From: an uncultured Bacteroidaceae bacterium
GTDB taxonomy: Bacteria; Bacillota; Clostridia; Christensenellales; CAG-917
Assembly: GCA_964599875.1 (NCBI GenBank)
Contig: CAZRHE010000004.1
Location: 13,943-77,942, forward strand
Direction: 5' to 3'
DNA length: 64,000 bases
Position 1 is the stretch's first letter. Each line of letters opens with the position of its first letter. The notes under the pieces are model-generated. The model was given only the letters and a program-made list of their open reading frames with translations, searched no databases and was not told the DNA's origin. A program made the translations under genes and the position numbers. This document shows positions 28,540 through 38,778 of this stretch, piece after piece.

Positions 28540-29079
28540 TCATTTTTTGTCTATGCCTACCGCCCTATCCGAAATCTGATCTGCAAAGAATCCCGCGAAA
28601 ATCACGCATGCGACGTCCTTGATAAGATAGGGCAAAGACACCGTGATTATCCCTGTTTCAAAACTGCAACCGCTGACGAGAGAAAATTGCAAGGCGCCGA
28701 GAATATGGCATATGAAAAGTCCGCCGAGTGCATACAAGAGCCGTGCGCCCCTTCCTCCGCTAATCCCTGCAAGTGCAACGAAAGGGAAAAATCCCCACAA
28801 AAATCCGCCCGTAGGTCCTACGAAAACGCCTACTCCGCCGCCGAAAGAGGAAAATACGGGAAGTCCTGTAAGCCCTATCAGCAAAAAAACGAAAACGGTT
28901 GAAACTCCCGTCTTGACGCCGAATAAAAACCCTATGAGCGCAAGCGTAAAAGTTTGCAAAGTTATCGGCACTCCGCCGGGAATAGGAATAGATACGACGG
29001 AAGACAAAACGAGAAGGGCGACGCATATCGCCGTCCTCACCAAATTTCGCGTGCGATTTTTAACGTCTGCGCTTCTCAT
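28540..29079 (-). CDS. bioY: Biotin ECF S-component
   Basis: VPITLQT, GLPVFS, GPTGGFLWGF, KD motif. Confidence 0.9.
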   Translation of the reverse strand: MRSADVKNRTRNLVRTAICVALLVLSSVVSIPIPGGVPITLQTFTLALIGFLFGVKTGVSTVFVFLLIGLTGLPVFSSFGGGVGVFVGPTGGFLWGFFPFVALAGISGGRGARLLYALGGLFICHILGALQFSLVSGCSFETGIITVSLPYLIKDVACVIFAGFFADQISDRAVGIDKK

Positions 29080-31454
29080 TCTTCCTCGGGATACGACAAG
29101 GAATACATTGCGTCGACGTATTCGTATTTCTTATCTTTCTTCAAGCCTTCTTTTTGCATAAGGTCGGATATAAGGATGAACGCGCGTTTGACGCCGAGAG
29201 GGGATTGCACCTTAATAAACATAGGCGTATCCGCATACTTTTTCATTGCGCCCCTATCCTTTTGATGATAGAGATTGTAATCATATCCTGACGGATTGAG
29301 CGCAAGCGCAAGCCTGACCGTTTTTCCTATGATAATTATTTTGACTATCTGTTTGCCGGGACGACGGAAATAATCACCGCCGTTGACCACTCTGCTCTTC
29401 ATCCCGCGATAGGACAAAATCTCGTTTTTGAGGGCGTTGTAAATCGCTTGATTGCGGACGGACGTATTCGTCATCTTTGATGAAAACGTTATCTTTTCTC
29501 CGTCTTCTTTATCCTCTTTGTCGTCGGCATCGTCGCGGTCTATATCTTCTTCGGCATAGCCTTTGAAAGCCTCTTCGACGGTGGGCGTCGGGATAAATCC
29601 TACGCTTTCAAACAATTCCGCATTTCTTTCGTCATACGCCTCTTTCGAGGTTTTATCCGCACCGTTTGCAAGTTTAATCTTGCGTTTCGGTTGATTTTCG
29701 TCTTTTGCCGCCTTTTCGTCAACGGCGTTTTCGACGGATATATCCGCATCTTTTTCTTCAACGTTTTCTTCTGTTCCGGCGGAAAGATTATCTTCCGCTT
29801 TTATTGTAGCGGTTTCGTCGATTGCGCTACGTGCCGCAACTTCTTTTTCGCTTTGCAACGGAGTATCGACCGCCAACTCTTCCCTCTTTTCGTTATCTTT
29901 GCGTCTTTTTCCTTTTATCAAAATCAAAGACAAAACAAGCCCTATCTCGACCGCTCCGAAAAAGCCTCCGAGCGCGATTGCAAGACTTGTATAATCTACG
30001 CCGTCCTCATCGAGAGAATGCGCGTTTTCTATTGCATATGCACTGATATAAAACCCTATGCTGTCGAGAGTTACGACTCCGTTTTCGTCAAACGCAATCT
30101 TTTCCGTCTTCCCGCCGCCTACGACGTACACTCCGTCCGCCGTCGATACTCTTTTTACGGTCAAAGTCAAGTCGTCGTATTCAACCGTTTCGCCGTTTCG
30201 CACGACGCTCAAACGCACTCCGTCGTCAGTTTCGACTGCGGTCAAAATATCGTCGAGCGCGAATCCGTCCGCTCTCTTGATTTCGTATGCGAAATTCTCA
30301 TCCGCATACGTCAAAGTCGACGGCAACACCGTGAGCATAGGGGACGAGCCGTCCATTCTTTCAGACCTGAAATACACTTCGTAATTCGGATTATTCCATT
30401 TGAGGCGCATCTCCCTTTTCCCGACCGACGCATCCGTATCCGTCGCATACACGCCGAGGTCTGCGATTTCGTCTACGGGAGCCAAAGAGGACTCGTAAAG
30501 TTCGACGACGGGCGTCTCTATAGGACCACCCTCCACTATAGTCATATCCTGCGCTTTCAGATATATTTTTCTCGCCTTAACACTGACCGCCAAAGTCGTA
30601 GAATAAGGGGTGAAATTGTCGTCGCGCACGAATCCCGTTTCGTCGTATTTGCCTTTGATTACGACGACTGAATAAGCGTGATTGCCGACGATAGGCACGG
30701 TGTCGCCGAGTTCGTTCTTTTCAAGCGACCAGTGATATTCGGACGAGGGCACGTTTTTCGAAGACAAAATTTCTTCGACGGTATCCCCGTATTCTTTCGT
30801 GACGGTCAACGCAGAAACGGACGGCTCGGACGAGGCGCGATTTATCGTAAGCGTCACTCCGTCGGATACGTTGCTTGCAAAAAACGTTGCGTTGCCAAAC
30901 GTGAATCCGACAGTTGCTTTACAGCGAATTGTATATTCTCCGTGCGACCTGCCGCCACCGAAAGGAACGCTCGACGCCGTGCCACCGAAAGGAATCTCGA
31001 CGCCGTTGGTGTCTACGGTGGAATATCTCCACTCGTATCCGAATTCGGAGTCTGTGCGAGAAAACGCCGCTATTCTCCAAAACGGATGTTTGGACGACGC
31101 CATCAATGTGAAAGGATGAACGTATGGCGAAAACTCCGTTTCGGTCGCGTCCCCTTGCAAAGATATCTCCACTTCTGGAAGAGGGATGACGACTTCGTAT
31201 TCCGTGCCGATTTCACTCTCTATCGCATTTTTGACGAGGGTTTCGTCGTACGTCCCCGCGTAAAGAATTTTTCCGTCGAGAATTTTCGCGACGAAATTAT
31301 CTCCCACGTACTCCGTTTGTCCGCTCGACGAATCGTAGGTAAATTCGACGACGGTGACGTCGTCGGCATATGCGACGTCCGCCGTAAGCGAAGTCGCAAA
31401 AACGGCTAAAACGAGCAATAAAAGGGATAAGACTGCGATAGATATCTTTTTCAT
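29076..31454 (-). CDS. Single-pass surface protein: signal peptide, beta-rich/MBG-like ectodomain, TM helix, acidic linker, cytoplasmic C-terminal domain
   Basis: N-terminal signal ending AYA; TM LAIALGGFFGAVEIGLVLSLILI followed by KGKRRK; basic C-terminal domain. Confidence 0.75.
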   Translation of the reverse strand: MKKISIAVLSLLLLVLAVFATSLTADVAYADDVTVVEFTYDSSSGQTEYVGDNFVAKILDGKILYAGTYDETLVKNAIESEIGTEYEVVIPLPEVEISLQGDATETEFSPYVHPFTLMASSKHPFWRIAAFSRTDSEFGYEWRYSTVDTNGVEIPFGGTASSVPFGGGRSHGEYTIRCKATVGFTFGNATFFASNVSDGVTLTINRASSEPSVSALTVTKEYGDTVEEILSSKNVPSSEYHWSLEKNELGDTVPIVGNHAYSVVVIKGKYDETGFVRDDNFTPYSTTLAVSVKARKIYLKAQDMTIVEGGPIETPVVELYESSLAPVDEIADLGVYATDTDASVGKREMRLKWNNPNYEVYFRSERMDGSSPMLTVLPSTLTYADENFAYEIKRADGFALDDILTAVETDDGVRLSVVRNGETVEYDDLTLTVKRVSTADGVYVVGGGKTEKIAFDENGVVTLDSIGFYISAYAIENAHSLDEDGVDYTSLAIALGGFFGAVEIGLVLSLILIKGKRRKDNEKREELAVDTPLQSEKEVAARSAIDETATIKAEDNLSAGTEENVEEKDADISVENAVDEKAAKDENQPKRKIKLANGADKTSKEAYDERNAELFESVGFIPTPTVEEAFKGYAEEDIDRDDADDKEDKEDGEKITFSSKMTNTSVRNQAIYNALKNEILSYRGMKSRVVNGGDYFRRPGKQIVKIIIIGKTVRLALALNPSGYDYNLYHQKDRGAMKKYADTPMFIKVQSPLGVKRAFILISDLMQKEGLKKDKKYEYVDAMYSLSYPEEE

Positions 31455-31603
31455 AACAATAATAATACACGCTTGCGCGCGCATAGTCAATGCCAAAATT
31501 GCCGAAAACCTATGTTTTTCCCGCACTTATTCATTTTTCCACGCGAAAAAACTTTCGACTTGTCAACCGCTTTCGACGATGATATAATCTTATAGAGGTG
31601 CTT

Positions 31604-32386
31604 ATGAAAAGAATAGTTATAATCACGGGCGCATCCGCGGGAATAGGCAACGCAACCGCAAAATACTTCGCTGAAAAAGGGGACAAGGTCTACTCTTTCG
31701 CAAGAAGAAAAGCGGAGGGATTCGACAGCGTCGAGGTCGACGTGACAAATTTTGACGCGGTCAAACGCGCGGTGGACTACGTCGTGGAAAAAGAAGGGCG
31801 CATAGACGTCGTCGTGAACAACGCGGGTTACGGGATTTCGGGCTCGATTGAAGACACTCCCGTAGAAAGCATGAAACGCCTTTTCGACGTAAACTTTTTC
31901 GGTGCGACCTACGTCACGCAAGCGGTTATCCCCCAAATGCGTAAACAAAAAAGCGGCGTCATAATCAACGTAAGTTCGGTTGCCGCCCCGCTTTCCATAC
32001 CTTTCCAAGGTTTTTATTCCGCATCCAAAGCGGCGCTGTCCTCTCTCACGGAATCGTTGAGAATAGAAGTCGCGCCCTTCAATATCAAGGTGACGTCCAT
32101 ACTCCCCGGCGACGTAAAGACTGATTTCACCGCAATGCGCAAGAAAAACGAGGAGGACAATCCCGTATACGGCGAAAGAATTAGCCGCTCCGTCGCGCAA
32201 ATGGAAAAAGACGAACAAAACGGGATGCCCCCTATCGTCATCGCAAAGGGCGTGTATTCTCTGTCCAAAAAGAAAAATCCGCCCGTATATAAGGTGGGAG
32301 GAAAGAAGTACGCGATTCTCGTCGCACTCTCGAAAATTCTCCCCAAGCGACTCGTGATTTTCATACTGTCCAAATTATACGGTTAA
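31604..32386 (+). CDS. Short-chain dehydrogenase/reductase
   Basis: TGASAGIG, NNAG, YSASK. Confidence 0.93.
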   Translation: MKRIVIITGASAGIGNATAKYFAEKGDKVYSFARRKAEGFDSVEVDVTNFDAVKRAVDYVVEKEGRIDVVVNNAGYGISGSIEDTPVESMKRLFDVNFFGATYVTQAVIPQMRKQKSGVIINVSSVAAPLSIPFQGFYSASKAALSSLTESLRIEVAPFNIKVTSILPGDVKTDFTAMRKKNEEDNPVYGERISRSVAQMEKDEQNGMPPIVIAKGVYSLSKKKNPPVYKVGGKKYAILVALSKILPKRLVIFILSKLYG

Positions 32387-32424
32387 CAAAGTTTAATATA
32401 ACTTTAACCAATCTTTGTCAAAAT
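32383..32424 (+). promoter_or_regulatory. Tandem TTAAY repeats upstream of the response regulator (OmpR/PhoB-type site)
   Basis: TTAACA (32383), TTAATA (32393), TTAACC (32404) at 10-11 bp period, then TGtCAAAAT. Confidence 0.45.
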
Positions 32425-32447
32425 TAAGGCAAAGAGGTGATAATACT

Positions 32448-33122
32448 ATGAGAATATTACTCGTTGAAGACGAAAAAGAATTGTCCCGCGCGCTCGCGAA
32501 AATGCTCATGAAAGAGGGCTACGACGTGGACACCGTATACGACGGAGCGGACGGACTCAGTTTCGCGCTTTCAGGTCTTTACGACCTCATCATCCTCGAC
32601 GTGATGATGCCGAAAATGAACGGCTTCGAAGTGCTGTCCGAAATCAGAAAACGCAAAATGGAAACCCCCGTCCTTATGCTTACCGCCCTTTCCGGCGAAA
32701 GCGACAAGATTCAGGGACTTGACAGAGGTGCGGACGACTACGTCAGCAAGCCTTTCTCGTTTGCGGAATTATCCGCAAGAATCCGCGCTCTTTTAAGACG
32801 CAGAGGAAAACTCGTCACAGACAACAAACTCATGCATAACGAAGCGGCGCTCGACTTGTCCTCTTACACGCTGTCCTCTCCCAAGGGAGAAATCAATTTG
32901 ACCGCAAAGGAATTCGAGATACTCCGCTACTTATTCGAATACCCCAACTTCGTGGCGTCCAAAGAGGATTTGATTTTGAAAGCGTGGGGGCTCGACAGCG
33001 ACTTCGAATCCAACAACCTCGAAGTCTACGTGTCCTTCATCCGCAAGAAACTCAACCACCTCGACACGAGTTTTACGATAGAGGCAGTGAGAGGCGTCGG
33101 ATACAGGTTAACGAACAGATAA
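32448..33122 (+). CDS. OmpR/PhoB family response regulator
   Basis: LLVEDE, LDVMMP, GADDY.SKPF, wHTH ending VRGVGY. Confidence 0.95.
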   Translation: MRILLVEDEKELSRALAKMLMKEGYDVDTVYDGADGLSFALSGLYDLIILDVMMPKMNGFEVLSEIRKRKMETPVLMLTALSGESDKIQGLDRGADDYVSKPFSFAELSARIRALLRRRGKLVTDNKLMHNEAALDLSSYTLSSPKGEINLTAKEFEILRYLFEYPNFVASKEDLILKAWGLDSDFESNNLEVYVSFIRKKLNHLDTSFTIEAVRGVGYRLTNR

Positions 33123-33161
33123 AGAGTTTATCAACCGAAAATTATAGGATAAAGTGTCGAT

Positions 33162-34493
33162 ATGGACGAAATGGTAAATAAATTACGCGTGCGCCAAACG
33201 CTTTATACCACCCTCACCGCAGGGCTACTCCTCCTTGTTTTAATGGGAGGATTTTTCGGTTTATATGCAATCAACATGCACGTTTCGGCGCAGGAAAATC
33301 TCGACGCTCTTTTGAATAACGTAAACCGCCGTCCCGAAACAATCGGGCCTACGAGATGCGTCGTTTTCACTGATAACGGTTACGTTTCCGCCGCCTATCG
33401 CGGAGACGTCGAATACTACGGAGAAGACTGGGACGGCATAGCACACGCCGCAATCGAAAATGCGGATAAGGGGCGTTTTTCATACGAGGACAACGATTTT
33501 TACGTTGAATCCAAAACCGAAAACGGCCGCACGATTTACGCAGTCCTCGACCGCACGATTTACACCACCGCACTGAAACGCATTGCAACCATTCTCGTGC
33601 TACTATACCTTATATCTTTAATCTTTTTAACCTTGCTCGGGTATCTCTATTCGTCCGTGACGACCGCGCCTATAAAGAATGCTTTCAAACAGCAAAGCGA
33701 CCTCATCGCGAATGCGTCCCACGAATTGAAAACTCCCTTGACCATTATATCTACGAACTTATCCGTCATGGAATCCGAACCCTCCTCCACCATAGAGGAT
33801 AACGCAAAATGGCTCGAATCCATAAACGGACAGATTTCGAGAATGGATTCCCTCATCAAAAACATGCTCGAACTCGGACGACTCGAACATGCGACCGTCA
33901 ATAAAGAATTGTTCGATTTCGGTGAAGTCGTCGAAGGAAGTTGCCTTGAATTCGAGGTTATGTGCTTTGAAAAGAACGTCAAACTTTTGACCGAAGTGCA
34001 AAAAGGCGCAATCGTCTACGGAGATAAGAGCGCACTCGAAAGGCTCGTCATAATCCTTCTCGACAATGCGTTGAAATATTGCGGCGAAAACGGAAAAGTC
34101 GGTTGCAAACTTACGGTCACGAGCAAGAAAGCGCATCTCGACGTACTTAACACCGGGGAAACCATTTCCAAAGAGGACGCAAAACACGTGTTCGACCGTT
34201 TCTATCGTTCGGACGGCGCAAGAGCAAACCCCGACGGAAACAGTTTCGGGCTGGGACTTTCAATCGCGCAAGCGACCGTACAAGGCAACGGCGGAACCAT
34301 TTCGTGCAAGGGCGCACCCGGCGGCAACGGCACCGTATTCACGGTAGAACTTCCAATCGCGTCCAAGCGTACGATAAGGCAAATTCAAGCACAAACCGCA
34401 ATCCGCGAAGCAAAAGCGAGCCACTCTCATCGAGACGGCGCAAAAAAATCCGCAGTCCGCGAAAACGACGAAAAGGATTCGCAAGAAGAATAA
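33162..34493 (+). CDS. Sensor histidine kinase
   Basis: Two TMs; ASHELKTPL, LDNALKY, FDRFYR, GLGLSI. Confidence 0.95.
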   Translation: MDEMVNKLRVRQTLYTTLTAGLLLLVLMGGFFGLYAINMHVSAQENLDALLNNVNRRPETIGPTRCVVFTDNGYVSAAYRGDVEYYGEDWDGIAHAAIENADKGRFSYEDNDFYVESKTENGRTIYAVLDRTIYTTALKRIATILVLLYLISLIFLTLLGYLYSSVTTAPIKNAFKQQSDLIANASHELKTPLTIISTNLSVMESEPSSTIEDNAKWLESINGQISRMDSLIKNMLELGRLEHATVNKELFDFGEVVEGSCLEFEVMCFEKNVKLLTEVQKGAIVYGDKSALERLVIILLDNALKYCGENGKVGCKLTVTSKKAHLDVLNTGETISKEDAKHVFDRFYRSDGARANPDGNSFGLGLSIAQATVQGNGGTISCKGAPGGNGTVFTVELPIASKRTIRQIQAQTAIREAKASHSHRDGAKKSAVRENDEKDSQEE

Positions 34494-34525
34494 AAATAGT
34501 CCACAAACTTATAGGATGCGCACGA

Positions 34526-35920
34526 CTAATCGAGCGCGTCTTTTACTTTCTTTTTATACGCGCTGCGCAAGAAAAGCGCGGACACTATCGCCGTCCCGAC
34601 TTCGGATATAACCAAAGTCCACCACAAAGTTTCCACCGCGTTTTCGGAGAGAGTAAACAACCACGCTATCGGAAATACGAATACGACGAGGCGCAAAAAG
34701 GATATGACGAGTGGTCGCAACGCATATCCGAATGCTTGCAAAACACCCTGCACCGCCACGCTGAAAGACATAAATACGTATCCTATCGCACAAATTCTGA
34801 TTGCGACGACTACGACGGATTTAATCTCTTCCCCCTCCGCTCCGCTCGCCATTGCAAACAACGTCGCAAGCGGACTTGCAAGGCTTTCAAACAGCACGGT
34901 TATAATTATCGCTATAACGAGTGCGTCCGTTATACCGTAGCGGATTCCTTGTATCACGCGCTCTTTTTCCCTCATTCCGTAGTTGTATGACAACACGGTT
35001 ATGAGTGTATTCGACAACCCGAAAAACGCGAATAGTGCGAATTGCATAATCTTATAGTACACCCCGAAACTCCCCTGCAATATCTCGGAATCTTTCGCCG
35101 TGCCCAAAATCAGATTCATTCCGAGCATCATAACGGAGAGCAAGGCTTGCATAAGCGCCGCCGATATCCCGACCGAATAAATGCCTTTTATTATCTCCCG
35201 ACGCGGACGCACGTATTTGAGGGAGCCGTTAATTTCGCGGTTGATAGCATAATGGAAAGTCGCCGCAAGCACCCACGACGCGATTTGTCCGATAACCGTT
35301 GCCCACGCCGCACCCGCGATTCCCCAACCGCAAGGAAAAATGAAAACGTAGTCAAGGACTATATTGAGAAGTGCGCCTACGATTTGGGATATGGTGGAAT
35401 AGAGAGTTTTGCCCGTGCTTTGCAAAAATCTCTCGTACACCGTAAAACCTATGCACCCGAAAGAAAACGTGCAACATATCCCTAAATAAGTCGCGCCCAT
35501 TTCTATCGCTTGCTCGTTGCCGTTTGCCTGCATGGCGATGAATTTTTCCGCACCGAAAATCCCGAAAAGCAAGAAAAACGCATACATCGTTATCGCAAGG
35601 AAAATCCCGTTGCCCACAGTGCGATTCGCTTGTTCGCTATTTCCCTCTCCAAGACTTCTCGAGAGCAAGGCGTTTATGCCTATTCCCGTGCCTACGCCTA
35701 TTGCAATCATAAGAATTTGCACCGGGAATGCGTAAGTCAAAGCAAGATTTCCGTTTACGCCGTCCGCGCCCATATTGATGACGAAAACGGTGTCCACGAT
35801 ATTGTAAACCGCTTGCAAAATCATGGAAATTATCATCGGCAATCCGAGTTTCCATATAAGTTTTTTCACGGGAAGGACGGCAAGCGCGTTTCTCGTTTCA
35901 TTGATTTCAACAGATTCCAT
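34526..35920 (-). CDS. MATE family efflux transporter (MepA-like)
   Basis: YNIVDTVF, NIVLDYVFI, GIAGAAWATVIGQ; about 12 TMs; GGAGG RBS. Confidence 0.93.
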   Translation of the reverse strand: MESVEINETRNALAVLPVKKLIWKLGLPMIISMILQAVYNIVDTVFVINMGADGVNGNLALTYAFPVQILMIAIGVGTGIGINALLSRSLGEGNSEQANRTVGNGIFLAITMYAFFLLFGIFGAEKFIAMQANGNEQAIEMGATYLGICCTFSFGCIGFTVYERFLQSTGKTLYSTISQIVGALLNIVLDYVFIFPCGWGIAGAAWATVIGQIASWVLAATFHYAINREINGSLKYVRPRREIIKGIYSVGISAALMQALLSVMMLGMNLILGTAKDSEILQGSFGVYYKIMQFALFAFFGLSNTLITVLSYNYGMREKERVIQGIRYGITDALVIAIIITVLFESLASPLATLFAMASGAEGEEIKSVVVVAIRICAIGYVFMSFSVAVQGVLQAFGYALRPLVISFLRLVVFVFPIAWLFTLSENAVETLWWTLVISEVGTAIVSALFLRSAYKKKVKDALD

Positions 35921-35930
35921 AAGACCTCCG

Positions 35931-36040
35931 AAAATAAAAAGTGCGTTATCGAAAGACAACACACTTAATTTTAAGTCGGATTTACGTCTGCAGAAATTGC
36001 ACTTTTCTCTACATTTTAACGAAAAAACCGAAAAAGTCAA
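35931..36040 (-). promoter_or_regulatory. MATE promoter and leader containing an intrinsic terminator (attenuator or riboswitch candidate)
   Basis: TTGACT-16-TAAAAT; leader hairpin GTGTGTTGTC-TTTC-GATAACGCAC followed by TTTTTATTTT before the RBS. Confidence 0.65.
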
Positions 36041-36104
36041 ACACACGCGCAAAAATGCGCATGAAATTTTCCTTGTCCGCCGTCCGTAAAGCGTTCGAGC
36101 ATAG

Positions 36105-36138
36105 AAAAACAGCCCGTCTACGTGCGGGCTGTTTTTTT
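36105..36138 (-). terminator. Terminator of the leuS-serS-M28 operon
   Basis: AAAAACAGCCCG/CGGGCTGTTTTT. Confidence 0.85.
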
Positions 36139-36151
36139 GAATCGGAAATTA

Positions 36152-37423
36152 TTATTTTTTGCTTTCTTGTTCCGCAATCTTGTCGATAACGCGGAGGATG
36201 ACGTCGAATCCGAGGCCTACGGTGTCCGCAGAGAAACGTTCGGGTTGGTCGTAGAAAGTGTGATAATAGTTGGTGAGGATAGGATTTTGAGCCGCGAAAG
36301 TTATCGTCTTGACGCCTGCCTTATGGAAAGGAGTGGAGTCGCATCCGCCGACGGGATTGACGATGTTGCCGGGTTTTTCGATGCCCGCTTCCTTCATGGA
36401 ATCGACGAACATTTTTTCGAGATCCTTATTGAATTTGGTGAATTGCCAAGTATCGCCGTGGACGACTTCGAAGAAACCTTCGTCCGCTACGGAGTCGATA
36501 TTGATATTCCAGCAATTTTCGAGGATTGCTTCGCCCTTATGTCTTCTCGTGAACGCAAGAGAGCCTCTGAGGCCTGCTTCTTCACTGCCGCAGTTGAGGT
36601 CGATAATACGGCAACGCGCGGGCATTTTGTCGGGGTTTTCTTTGAAGTATTTGGTGACTTCGTAAGCAAGTGCGATACCGGTTGCGTTATCCATTGCGCC
36701 GGGGGACGCGGTGTTGGGATTCTTATCAAGCCACAAAGTGACGAGGAACGCACCGCCGATGAGGAAGGGGCAAAGATATTGATAGACGTTCGCCATCTTC
36801 CAATAGATTTCGTAAAGGTCGTAGTTTTCGGAAACCGTAAATGCGAAGAAGAGGATTGCAAACACGGTGACTGCGATGACGCAAACTGCACCAAAACCGA
36901 CTTTAATGAACGCAAACGCAGGATTAAGTTTGGATTTGACCGCACTGTGCTTCCAGTTCCAACTCGTGTCGGTGTGTCCGGAAAGCATAATGGTGTAGTC
37001 GTATTCGCCGTCTTCGGGAAGAAGTTCGCCGTAGGTGTTGTAAGAAACTTCTTGATGGAAACACCAGTCGAGCCACGTCTTGTAGAAGAATACGCTGTTG
37101 AGCATCCAAATCCATACCGCAACCATTCCGACGGATGCAAGGAAGAAGAGTGCCGTGCTTCCGAGGATTACGCCGAGCAACACGACGAGTGCCGCGATAA
37201 TGCCCGCCCATCCCGCGTAAGGGATTCCGCCGATAGACGCGCGAGGCGCAACGAGGAATTTTTCTTGAACGGGTTTGATGCCCAATTCTTCGAGTTTGCC
37301 TGCCATGTAGCCGTGGAATTTCTTCTCGTTTTCGGAGCCGGGAAGACGGGGGCCGATTTCATTGGCGGCATGAGTTACGATTTCGTACGCCTCGTCGGCA
37401 TACTTTCTAAGTTCTTCTCTCAT
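36152..37423 (-). CDS. M28 family metallopeptidase with inserted TM helices
   Basis: SGHTD, GAMDNATG, SEEAGL, DSV, YYHTFYD; two hydrophobic hairpins. Confidence 0.85.
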   Translation of the reverse strand: MREELRKYADEAYEIVTHAANEIGPRLPGSENEKKFHGYMAGKLEELGIKPVQEKFLVAPRASIGGIPYAGWAGIIAALVVLLGVILGSTALFFLASVGMVAVWIWMLNSVFFYKTWLDWCFHQEVSYNTYGELLPEDGEYDYTIMLSGHTDTSWNWKHSAVKSKLNPAFAFIKVGFGAVCVIAVTVFAILFFAFTVSENYDLYEIYWKMANVYQYLCPFLIGGAFLVTLWLDKNPNTASPGAMDNATGIALAYEVTKYFKENPDKMPARCRIIDLNCGSEEAGLRGSLAFTRRHKGEAILENCWNINIDSVADEGFFEVVHGDTWQFTKFNKDLEKMFVDSMKEAGIEKPGNIVNPVGGCDSTPFHKAGVKTITFAAQNPILTNYYHTFYDQPERFSADTVGLGFDVILRVIDKIAEQESKK

Positions 37424-37453
37424 AAATTTCTCCTTAAAATTTATATCTTTTTA

Positions 37454-38755
37454 TTATTCGAGTTGACCTTTCGCGTTGATGAGGGTTGCGCCGCCCATAA
37501 ACTTGCGAAGCACTTCGGGGATGGTCACGCTTCCGTCCGCGTTTTGATACTGCTCGACGATTGCGGGGATAACGCGGGAAGTCGCAAGACCGCTTCCGTT
37601 CAAAGTGTGGAGATATTGGGGTTTGCCCGTTTCGGAGTCGCGATAACGAGTGTTGTTTCTTCTTGCTTGATAGTCGTTTGCGTTGGAAACAGAACTACAT
37701 TCCTTATAAATGCCCATGGACGGAATCCAAAGTTCGACGTCGTAGGTGCGCGCCATACTTGCAGAGCAATCTCCCGCCGCAAGTTTGCTAAGGCGGAAGT
37801 GCAATCCGAGTTTGTCGACGAGGCGGCACGCCTTTTCAACGAGTTCCTCGAACGCTTTGGGACTATCGCAGGGTTTTGCATATTGCACCATTTCGATTTT
37901 GTTGAATTGGTGACCCCTTATCATTCCGCGTTCTTCGCTTCTCGCGCTGCCCGCTTCCTTTCTAAAGCAGGGAGAATATGCGAAGAATTTCATAGGCAAT
38001 TTTTCTTCGGGGACGATTTCGCCCGCGTACATATTGACGAGTGCGGTTTCCGCGGTGGGGAGCATAAAACGATTTCTCGCTCTATCCTCGTCGCAGTCGA
38101 GCCAATAGACTTCGTCGCTGAATTTGGGGAATTGACCCGCGCCGAATCCGCAGTTGTATCCGAGTTGATAAGGAGGCAAAATAAATTCGTATCCATCGGA
38201 CAAATGCTCTTCGATGAAGTAGTTGAGGAGCGCCCATTCCAGTCTTGCGCCCACTCCGCGATAAAGCCAGAAGCCGTTGCCCGAAAGTTTGACTCCTCTT
38301 TCATAGTCGATAAGTCCGAGGTCTACGCAGAGGTCGTAATGGTTTTTGGGAGTGAATCCGTCGAAAGTCGGCTTTGCGCCCCATTCTTTTACGACTTGAT
38401 TGTTTTCCTTTTCACCGGGGAGAAGGTCGGGATCGGGAATATTGGGGATTCTGCAAAGGAAATCGTTGATTGCCGTAACGAGAGAATTGATTTTCTCGTC
38501 GCCCGCCGCGATTTGATTGCCGATTTCACGCATTTCGTCGAAAATGGGAGTCACGTCCTTTCCCTCTTTTTTGAGTTTGGGAATTTCCGCCGAAACCTTA
38601 TTGCGTTTTGCTTTGAGTTGTTCGATTTCGCCGATGAGCGCTTTGCGCTGATTATCCCATTCGATGACTTCGGTGAAATCCGCGTCGTAACCTTTCTTTT
38701 TGAGTGCGGCGACGACTTCTTCGGTATTGTTTCTGATTCTGATTAAGTCTAACAT
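37454..38755 (-). CDS. serS: Seryl-tRNA synthetase
   Basis: PTAE, CFRKEAG, RGHQF.KIE, HTLNGSGLA. Confidence 0.97.
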   Translation of the reverse strand: MLDLIRIRNNTEEVVAALKKKGYDADFTEVIEWDNQRKALIGEIEQLKAKRNKVSAEIPKLKKEGKDVTPIFDEMREIGNQIAAGDEKINSLVTAINDFLCRIPNIPDPDLLPGEKENNQVVKEWGAKPTFDGFTPKNHYDLCVDLGLIDYERGVKLSGNGFWLYRGVGARLEWALLNYFIEEHLSDGYEFILPPYQLGYNCGFGAGQFPKFSDEVYWLDCDEDRARNRFMLPTAETALVNMYAGEIVPEEKLPMKFFAYSPCFRKEAGSARSEERGMIRGHQFNKIEMVQYAKPCDSPKAFEELVEKACRLVDKLGLHFRLSKLAAGDCSASMARTYDVELWIPSMGIYKECSSVSNANDYQARRNNTRYRDSETGKPQYLHTLNGSGLATSRVIPAIVEQYQNADGSVTIPEVLRKFMGGATLINAKGQLE

Positions 38756-38778
38756 ATTGACCTCTTATATGATTTCGC

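Noticed and set aside
36122-38746. 874-aa plus-strand ORF antisense to serS and the M28 gene
   Set aside because: It is the codon-register mirror of real genes that avoid TTA, CTA and TCA codons; no recognisable motifs, and the two genes happen to share a frame.
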